Position numbers and translations under genes: made by a program. Of a DNA stretch of 64,000 nucleotides, positions 57,434 through 64,000 are shown one piece after another. This DNA is from a virus, in the IMG/VR virus record IMGVR_UViG_3300028045_001344, positions 64,001-128,000 of that record. The stretch is one strand, 5' to 3'. The notes beneath the pieces are model-generated. The model searched no databases and had not been told where the DNA came from. It was given only the letters and a program-made list of their open reading frames with translations. How positions within the stretch are numbered: the first letter of the stretch is position 1; the number at the start of each line of letters is the position of its first letter.

Positions 57434-58104
57434 TTCTTTTTTATTATAGAATAATCTCTTCTAAACCTGTTCAAACTATTCAATATCTGCTTTGTGTTTA
57501 AATTTGTTATTTCCCTAATGTATAAATAAATAGCCTTCTTATTGAAAATTTCAATGGCTTCTGGTTCTGAAAGCAAGATTTTGATTGCTTCTAAGACCTT
57601 GCGCTCATTGTCCTTAAGTGACTGCTTGTTCCACTTTTCAATTTCTATCCAAAGGTGCTCCATGTATTCTTTTTTCTCTCTATCTTCTTCGTAAGTATTA
57701 TATACCGATAAGTGTTGAGATTCACAACTTTTAGAAATATCTTCAAAGGCGGATTCGCGACGGCGCTGAATTGCTGTTTTTTTGATTTTTGCTATAAACC
57801 AATTTTTTGTTATAACGCTGAAATATGAGAAAGCCTTAGAACCCTTGGATTCATCAAAATTGCTCAAAATGGTTATAAGATGTATTTCGCACTCATCTTT
57901 GAGCATGTGTATGTTGGGTAAATTAGTAAATTTATATGTGAAGACAATCTTGTTAATCATTTCAAGAAATACAGGGCGGATTACATCTCGGTATATTACA
58001 TTACGATGAGATGGATCATCACAACCCTTATATTCTAAAATTGCATCTTCATGAACTTGGGTAAAATACTTCTTACCCTTCTTGCGACGTTTCTTCTTCG
58101 TCAT
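57421..58104 (-). CDS. Late-transcription sigma factor (T4 gp55-like)
   Basis: YFTQVHEDAILEY...NFDESKGSKAFSYFSVITKNWFI resembles sigma region 2 of gp55-type proteins. Confidence 0.72.
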   Translation of the reverse strand: MTKKKRRKKGKKYFTQVHEDAILEYKGCDDPSHRNVIYRDVIRPVFLEMINKIVFTYKFTNLPNIHMLKDECEIHLITILSNFDESKGSKAFSYFSVITKNWFIAKIKKTAIQRRRESAFEDISKSCESQHLSVYNTYEEDREKKEYMEHLWIEIEKWNKQSLKDNERKVLEAIKILLSEPEAIEIFNKKAIYLYIREITNLNTKQILNSLNRFRRDYSIIKKKWHE

Positions 58105-58441
58105 TTTCCATATCCTCCGATGCCTGAAGTAATTGTTGTGCTAATTCTGGCTGTGTAAAGGAGTAAATTTCTTCATACCCCTTGAGATATTCTATCATCT
58201 CGTTTGTGTGGTCGAGGAGGGATTTCAATGTTTCATCGCCATAAAAGGTGGGCATTTCGTAAACAGAACTCAAGTGCTCTCTGAACGCATCCATTAAGCT
58301 AAAAATTTCAGTGCTTGCTTCGGCGGCATTATAAACCGTCTCGATCTTCACCAAAGTATTTTTAGCATAACCAACCATAAAAATATTAATGAGAACAGAA
58401 ATAGCGGCGAGGACCGAGAGAGAAATTATTGCATAACTCAT
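58073..58441 (-). CDS. Hypothetical membrane-anchored protein
   Basis: N-terminal TM; YEMPTFYGDETL. Confidence 0.6.
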   Translation of the reverse strand: MSYAIISLSVLAAISVLINIFMVGYAKNTLVKIETVYNAAEASTEIFSLMDAFREHLSSVYEMPTFYGDETLKSLLDHTNEMIEYLKGYEEIYSFTQPELAQQLLQASEDMENDEEETSQEG

Positions 58442-58695
58442 TTTTTATACCTCCTGGTTTTCAAGTCAGATTGATCCTGCTTCAATTCTTCTTTCGCTTC
58501 GGCGATGGCACTCTCCACAACGCTTCCAACTTTAGAATCTCCGCTAATTTTAGAATCTTTTTGGGCTATAAAAATCTCGCTTGGTATGCGGGCGATATAA
58601 CCGTCTTCTCCACAATTTTTACAAATTGTATAAGTTTCGTGCAAGGAGTGGAAAATCTCAAAGTGTGAATCGCACTCGCTACAAATATAAGAATA
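58438..58695 (-). CDS. FmdB-family zinc-ribbon protein (start uncertain; track gives 58704)
   Basis: PRYSYICSECDSHFE...CKNCG. Confidence 0.75.
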   Translation of the reverse strand, partial: YSYICSECDSHFEIFHSLHETYTICKNCGEDGYIARIPSEIFIAQKDSKISGDSKVGSVVESAIAEAKEELKQDQSDLKTRRYKK

Positions 58696-58696
58696 C

Positions 58697-58888
58697 CTAG
58701 GCAACTGTTTCCTGTTCTGGTTCTTTTACTTCTAATATGGGTGGGTTCTCCACAACCAAGCCATCGGCTGTGCTTACCAAAACAAATTCTTTTAACATAC
58801 CTGTTATGTCCGTTTGCTCCATTAAGCCTTTTTGAAGCGCCATCATTAGAGCCCCGATTGCTTGATTAGATAATTTATAGTTTGTCAT
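58697..58888 (-). CDS. Small hypothetical protein
   Basis: 63 aa, AAGGAG RBS. Confidence 0.65.
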   Translation of the reverse strand: MTNYKLSNQAIGALMMALQKGLMEQTDITGMLKEFVLVSTADGLVVENPPILEVKEPEQETVA

Positions 58889-58897
58889 GTGTTCTCC

Positions 58898-59920
58898 TTA
58901 TGCTTCATTGACATATAATAGATTCTTAATTCTTTCTGGTTCCCAGAAACCTTTATACCATAGTTTATCACTTAACTGATCTTTTTTTAAATCTTCTTTC
59001 ATTGTATCAAGGATAAGATTTTCATAATGGTATAAGTATAATTCTTTGCCGTAGTACATCACACGTCGATCTTGTTCGTTTGCTCTGAGACATAAATCAA
59101 CATCCTGATACGAAGCTTTAAGAGATGGACAAAAGCCACCGCTTTTCATATACCACTCCGCGTCTATGATCAAAAAGGCGGCTGTTATAAACAATTCGCC
59201 TTTGTCGCAATTTACTTTTGGATCGTCCTTGGGATAACCTCGAAACATGTGTAAGGCAAATAATCCGGCTTCTCCTGGTCTTGGTCCAAACATCGAGCCA
59301 GCGTATTGAACCTTGTCTGCTCTATCGGGCTTATGATATAAAAAATCTTTGGTAGGATAAAGGAGCTTGGTTCCTGTGATTGTATTTTTGTTTTCAGTGT
59401 GCTTCTTATAAAGCACTGGTAACATCTCTGGATTATTTGTCCATAGATCTGAACTCCACAAAATAATATCTTTTAGGTTTGGTGATTTCGTTTTCAGGGC
59501 GTGAGTTGCGAGATTGTGCAGCATTGAAAAATTAAATTGATTTGCGGTGTTATCTACCCGCATATATGAACAGTCGCTTTCAAGAGCAATCGTTTTAATA
59601 TGTTCTGTCTCTGAACGATCATCAACTATTAAGACGTTTGCAAAATCAAAAATTTTGTTCTGCTTCATATTGTTCAAAGTAAATTGCAAAAGTTCTGCAT
59701 TGTCCTTTATGCAAAGGAGGATGTGTGGTTTTTTATAATCGGTAGTTTCGGCTTCAATAAACTGACACTTGTATTCATTGGAAGTCGTTTTTAGATTATA
59801 CGAATTAGAATAGAAGCTTTTTACCACATCATCTTCAGACTGTGTTACAGTGAATTTGGATGGATTAATTTTCTTTTTAAAATTGTATACGTGTGTATGA
59901 TTATTCATTTTGCTCCTCAA
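58898..59920 (-). CDS. Glycosyltransferase family 2
   Basis: LIVDDRS, FNFSMLHN, GTKLLYP, TAAFLII, GGF, YQDVDLCLRA. Confidence 0.85.
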   Translation of the reverse strand: MRSKMNNHTHVYNFKKKINPSKFTVTQSEDDVVKSFYSNSYNLKTTSNEYKCQFIEAETTDYKKPHILLCIKDNAELLQFTLNNMKQNKIFDFANVLIVDDRSETEHIKTIALESDCSYMRVDNTANQFNFSMLHNLATHALKTKSPNLKDIILWSSDLWTNNPEMLPVLYKKHTENKNTITGTKLLYPTKDFLYHKPDRADKVQYAGSMFGPRPGEAGLFALHMFRGYPKDDPKVNCDKGELFITAAFLIIDAEWYMKSGGFCPSLKASYQDVDLCLRANEQDRRVMYYGKELYLYHYENLILDTMKEDLKKDQLSDKLWYKGFWEPERIKNLLYVNEA

Positions 59921-61832
59921 TGTAATATTTTTCTATATCATCTAAGACTTCTTTTGTATCCTCAAGGGTTTGATTCCCCAGTTGAGCACTTGGCTCCATT
60001 ACGCACCCCTCTCCCCATTCATTCCATGAATTCATAAAAAGAAAGTTTTCAGATTCATCAGGATTATCTTCGAGTAACGTATTATGTAACTGTTTCATTA
60101 GATAAAGCTTATATACTTCTCTTGATGTGCTAGAAAAAACATTAGCTTCAGACTTTGAGCGTCTAGGGGTGTTATCCCAACCTGGGAAGAAGCCATTATA
60201 ATAAGAGATATTTGCTTTGCGAACTTTTTCTCCTAATGTTGTATCTCGAATGGGAACATTTTTAGACCAGTTGATTAGTGTCTTTTGATTTCCTTTTGCC
60301 ATAGTCATCTGATCGTAAAGGGCTTCTTTGTCAAAAATCGTAGAAACTCCTTTCCAATGTTCCAAAACTGATAAAGATTGATTGTGCCCCGAGAAATTAG
60401 GTTGAAATTCACACACACCATCCACACCATTAAATATCTCAGTTTCAAAATTCCCCAAACACTGAATTATGTAAATCCCATTCCAGCCTTGTTCCACGGC
60501 TCTAGTGTTCCACCACTCTATCATTTGAGGAAAAGGTTTAATATGCGGGGCGCGGTAAATTAAGAAAACAGGTTTATTGTTTATTTTTATATAATTCTTA
60601 TGATTGAAGAAATGGAACAAATATTTAAAATGCTCATCCCACTCATTTATATTGCCATAACGTTGCTCAACCAGAACTTTGTCCTCTTTTCCATCCCAGT
60701 TTTTTGTCCAAGGTTCATTCGCCCAATTAAGACAAAAGGGTAGATCAGGTTCCCCATCTTTCAGCATTTTCTCCAAAGGCTTATATAACGCCCGACGGCC
60801 ATTGAACCAATAATGATGATAACAAAATCCATAAACGCCCGCTTCTTTTGCCAAACGTGCTTGCAGCGCACGAGTTTCTTTATTCATTAGATCGTAATAG
60901 CCCAAAGCTGAGTGTGGATTCAAAAACTTTTGGTTATTAAACTTTGGCTTGGCTTTCCTTAGATTATCCCATTCAGTAAATCCGTCGCCCCATAAAATAT
61001 CATTTAAATCCGATTGGTGATATTGAGGAAAATAAAAAGAAATAATTTTTGGCTTTGAGGTGGCAACCTTTTTGATGGGAAGAAGAAACAATGTGTATTT
61101 CATATGACGAACAATGGCGGAGAAAAATCTCTCGAAAGCATGAGCCATTGTCCCGTCTAGTGGTGGGGAGCCTTGAAAACTTTCAAAATTATTTAAATCA
61201 CACGTATGCTTTTTAAAAAAGTTTAAAATATCTCCACGTACCCAGAACATTGTACCTGCCACAAAACTCTTGGACTGAGGGTATGAAGCTTTGGGGCTGA
61301 TTTTATATTTTTTACATAACTTTTCATAGTTTGCTTCGTTTGCGCCCATATCTTGGCACACATAATTTGCACAAGAAATCATCCCAACATCATGCTTCTG
61401 TTTGAAAATATCTACTATCTCTTGGATGCGCTCTGGGGTTCCTAAGAGAGTATCTAATAAATCTTTCGTCCATTGATCCCCGGCTACTTCAAAAGGGTTG
61501 GTATTGTGTTTGCCCTTCTTAGTGTGAATTTTACATATATAATCATATCTTTTTTTAAGATTATTCGCGTGGTTTGCGGAGACTGTAAAGCCACCGGGGT
61601 CCATTCCCTTGTTTTGGGAAATAGTATAGTAGAAATTATCGCCTTTCAGGTTTTGATATAGTTCGATTATTTTAGATATGTTACGTGAATTTTGTAGGCC
61701 GTCTTTTGTGTCGCGGCTAAAATTTACATACAGATCATATTCGAAAGGGATGTTTTCTAAATATGTATTGATTTGAGGTAACACATCCAAGTGAAAGGCG
61801 TGTATAAAAACGGCAACTTTTGGTGAATTCAT
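59901..61832 (-). CDS. Rhamnan-synthesis RgpF-like domain fused to a WbsX/GH99-like domain
   Basis: N: AVFIHAFH, NKGMD, KIHTKK, FVAGTMFWVR, DGTMAHAFER. C: FYFPQYH..LND..WG.GFTEW, LGYYDL, GFCYHHYWF, FCLNWANEPW, PGWDNTPR, NSWNEWGEG..MEP. Confidence 0.85.
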   Translation of the reverse strand: MNSPKVAVFIHAFHLDVLPQINTYLENIPFEYDLYVNFSRDTKDGLQNSRNISKIIELYQNLKGDNFYYTISQNKGMDPGGFTVSANHANNLKKRYDYICKIHTKKGKHNTNPFEVAGDQWTKDLLDTLLGTPERIQEIVDIFKQKHDVGMISCANYVCQDMGANEANYEKLCKKYKISPKASYPQSKSFVAGTMFWVRGDILNFFKKHTCDLNNFESFQGSPPLDGTMAHAFERFFSAIVRHMKYTLFLLPIKKVATSKPKIISFYFPQYHQSDLNDILWGDGFTEWDNLRKAKPKFNNQKFLNPHSALGYYDLMNKETRALQARLAKEAGVYGFCYHHYWFNGRRALYKPLEKMLKDGEPDLPFCLNWANEPWTKNWDGKEDKVLVEQRYGNINEWDEHFKYLFHFFNHKNYIKINNKPVFLIYRAPHIKPFPQMIEWWNTRAVEQGWNGIYIIQCLGNFETEIFNGVDGVCEFQPNFSGHNQSLSVLEHWKGVSTIFDKEALYDQMTMAKGNQKTLINWSKNVPIRDTTLGEKVRKANISYYNGFFPGWDNTPRRSKSEANVFSSTSREVYKLYLMKQLHNTLLEDNPDESENFLFMNSWNEWGEGCVMEPSAQLGNQTLEDTKEVLDDIEKYYIEEQNE

Positions 61833-62230
61833 TTCTCCAAGTATTTTACCACTTTATCATGAATTTTTGAATCAACATTTTCTTTCCACGAATCATCCTC
61901 GTTATTTATTTGATTGCGAATTTGTGTTGCCGAAATAAAGCCAATATCTTTCGGTGGAACATGTTCAACAATTCCATATCCAACTCCGCGTCCATAATTG
62001 ACCGATTCAATATCTGGTATGGATAAAATTTCAACATCGTCATCGGCATACGCAGTTTCTAGCATATCAATAGTTTGCTCAGTTGTAAATGGATTTTTTT
62101 CATCAGGAGGAATATCTCTTACGCAAATAAGAACAGGCACTCCTTGATTTAGTTTTTGACCGATAAGCCATTTGTGACCATTGTGTAAAGGTTGCCACCT
62201 ACCTATAAACATTGCTCTTTTGTTATTCAT
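61829..62230 (-). CDS. Cytidylyltransferase-like nucleotidyltransferase (HxGH)
   Basis: FIGRWQPLHNGH, NPF, ISATQIR. Confidence 0.85.
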   Translation of the reverse strand: MNNKRAMFIGRWQPLHNGHKWLIGQKLNQGVPVLICVRDIPPDEKNPFTTEQTIDMLETAYADDDVEILSIPDIESVNYGRGVGYGIVEHVPPKDIGFISATQIRNQINNEDDSWKENVDSKIHDKVVKYLEK

Positions 62231-62595
62231 TTATTTTCTCCTTGTTCAATGAAATCAATTGTTTTGTGCCATGCGTTCGGATCTGTTTTATCGAACCTGA
62301 TAGCATGGTCATCAATATAATATTTGGCTGGTTGTTTGATGTTTGTAACATCATCAAAGAAATGAGATAAATTATATTTTTCCAGCCACTTCCTAATAGG
62401 TTTAACTGGTCGGCTTGATACTATTATCAAACGATAGCCAGCATCCTTTAGCTTTTGTAAAGAAGGAATAGAGCCTGGCATTGGTGGATCGTAAGCATTA
62501 TCTAGACCTTGAAATCCTTTGGAATATTGATGAATGACTCCATCAAAATCTATTGCAATAGTATTGTTTTTAAATTCTGTTCCAACTTCCTTCAT
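62227..62595 (-). CDS. HAD-superfamily phosphatase (intact copy)
   Basis: IDFDGVI (motif I), VSSR (II), K (III), YIDD (IV). Confidence 0.85.
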   Translation of the reverse strand: MKEVGTEFKNNTIAIDFDGVIHQYSKGFQGLDNAYDPPMPGSIPSLQKLKDAGYRLIIVSSRPVKPIRKWLEKYNLSHFFDDVTNIKQPAKYYIDDHAIRFDKTDPNAWHKTIDFIEQGENK

Positions 62596-63371
62596 CTTAT
62601 ATCCTCAATCGAATATTTATAACATTCTATGTCTTCCCTATATTTTTTATTAACCAAAGAAATACATTTATCATTATAAAAGCATATATCAGGCGGAAGT
62701 GCATTATGTGGCAAATCTGACCATTTCCAACAAGAGACATTTTTTTTCCACTCAATGTCCTTCGTAGCAAAACGTCCGGTCATATAATTCATCTCTCTCA
62801 GGATGTTGGGATCAAAAGAAGTCCCAAAGGATATATTGACTTTGCTTATATCTTTTTCAATTTGTTCCAATTTACACACATGATCAAAGAAGTTTTCATA
62901 TTTATCTTCTATAGATCTTTTTTGCGGTTGCCAATGTTGATCATCCTTTTTCTTATTACTTATGACCTCTAAAAATTCCACAAAGGACAAATCATCGCCC
63001 AAATTATTACGACCTGATATTTGCTTCTTGCGCCCGAACGCATGTCGATAAGAACTTACAGCCCGACTAAAAGGATTTCTTACTATTTTTAGCGTTAAAA
63101 TTTGTGGTGATAACACTTCGTCTAAAAATAAAGGCTTGACTTTTGTTTTATAATATTCGTGATTACGGTACTTGTGAATCCAAATATATTTTTTTAAAGC
63201 ATATTCTAAAACACCAATTTCCTTGTAAAACATTAACATCACTAAGACACTTCCACACTTCGCATTCCAATCTATAAAAATTTTTTTTTCAAAATCATAG
63301 AGAGGGGGCGGTCCACCAAGCCATGGAAATATTTTTTGACGCGGATTATAAAAAACTTCTCTACCCTTCAT
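62592..63371 (-). CDS. Sulfotransferase (Sulfotransfer_2-like)
   Basis: NAKCGS (5'-PSB), VRNPFSRAVSSY (3'-PB), HWQPQ; likely start MKGREV at 63371. Confidence 0.8.
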   Translation of the reverse strand: MKGREVFYNPRQKIFPWLGGPPPLYDFEKKIFIDWNAKCGSVLVMLMFYKEIGVLEYALKKYIWIHKYRNHEYYKTKVKPLFLDEVLSPQILTLKIVRNPFSRAVSSYRHAFGRKKQISGRNNLGDDLSFVEFLEVISNKKKDDQHWQPQKRSIEDKYENFFDHVCKLEQIEKDISKVNISFGTSFDPNILREMNYMTGRFATKDIEWKKNVSCWKWSDLPHNALPPDICFYNDKCISLVNKKYREDIECYKYSIEDIR

Positions 63372-63735
63372 CTTGTTCCCCTTGAATATAAAGCTGATTT
63401 TGAATGGTTGACCACAATGGGTTTTGATTGTAAATATGTGTTGCCGAAATAAAGCCAATATCTTTGGGTGGTTGTTTGATGTTTGTAACATCATCAAAAA
63501 AATGAGATAAATTATATTTCTCTAGCCAATTCCTAATAGGTTTAACTGGTCGGCTTGATACTATTATCAAACGATAGCCTTCATCCTTTAGCTTTTGTAA
63601 AGAGGGGATGGCACCGGGCATTGGTGGATCATATGCATTGTCCAATCCCTGAAATCCTTTAGAATACTGATGAATAACGCCGTCAAAATCTATTGCAATA
63701 GTATTATTTTTGAATTCTGTTTTAACTTCAATCAT
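63361..63735 (-). pseudogene. Duplicated HAD gene lacking motif IV, fused to a fragment of the NTase gene
   Basis: First 89 aa near-identical to 62227..62595, then PKDIGFISAT from 61829..62230; YIDD is absent. Confidence 0.7.
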
Positions 63736-64000
63736 TTAATATTACCAATTTCCCATATACCTTTTCTTCTATTTTAGACCAAGCAGGATTATTTTTGTAT
63801 ATGGTGTTGATATCCTCTTGTGTAAACCACTCGTTAAGATTTTTTTTATATTTCTTGTTCTTTACGTTTACATTTGCTTTAATACTTTTAATTTTCTTTT
63901 TTCTATCTTCATCAATTTCCGTAAAATTACTTGCAACCTTGATAAAATCTTCTGCCAGATAATCAGTCCGTATCCAATAATCAACTTCGTGAGAACTGAA
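63728..64000 (-). CDS. C-terminal part of an ORF cut by the right edge, possibly sulfotransferase-like
   Basis: My translation: ...VDYWIRTDYLAEDF...EWFTQEDINTIYKNNPAWSKIEKKVYGKLVILND*. Confidence 0.45.
   Translation of the reverse strand, partial: FSSHEVDYWIRTDYLAEDFIKVASNFTEIDEDRKKKIKSIKANVNVKNKKYKKNLNEWFTQEDINTIYKNNPAWSKIEEKVYGKLVILND

Noticed and set aside
600-63497. Plus-strand ORFs and short nested minus-strand ORFs in the track (e.g. 10324..10710 with RGHH repeats, 10479..10664 with SSPR repeats)
   Set aside because: They are shadows of long motif-bearing minus-strand genes; their repeats are alternate frames of the GDDL tract.
62227-63735. Duplicated HAD segment as a DGR template/variable repeat pair
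   Set aside because: Differences are not adenine-specific and no reverse transcriptase is seen in the window.
1-64000. Stop-codon reassignment
   Set aside because: Genes are full length in the standard code, and TAA, TAG and TGA all end genes at tight junctions.
1-64000. tRNA, rRNA or large ncRNA genes
   Set aside because: Intergenic gaps are short and no cloverleaf or T-loop pattern was noticed; a covariance search was not run.

Overview
A 64-kb segment of a large, AT-rich, T4-related myophage genome (jumbo-phage-like), densely coding on the minus strand in the standard code. In transcription order (right to left) it holds: (1) a sugar/sulfate-modification cluster (sulfotransferase, two HAD phosphatase copies, a cytidylyltransferase-like NTase, an RgpF-WbsX fusion, GT2); (2) an FmdB zinc ribbon and a gp55-like late sigma factor; (3) a baseplate/tail block (split gp5-like hub with an M15 peptidase plus spike, gp25, gp6, a 3847-aa LamG protein, paralogous tail-collar-like proteins); (4) RuvC, primase and a fused Mre11-Rad50 (gp47-gp46); (5) small membrane proteins resembling a lysis cassette; (6) a head block (terminase, portal, tubulin/FtsZ homolog, gp21 prohead protease, ParB-like protein, ribosomal protein bS21) followed by LamG fibre genes. 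No major capsid, sheath, tRNA or CRISPR was recognised. The most notable unexplained signal is a set of unrelated ORFs sharing short N-terminal leaders (MK[LI]LMENWRxYL and MK[LI][TS][RK]S[QK]L..I+xEE) that contain gp21-type L/I-x-E sites. One sits between 63-bp direct repeats carrying a candidate late promoter, RBS and ATG, and the second repeat copy starts an empty leader remnant. This suggests a modular capsid-targeting-leader plus swappable-cargo system. All family calls come from motif recognition by eye; no searches were run.
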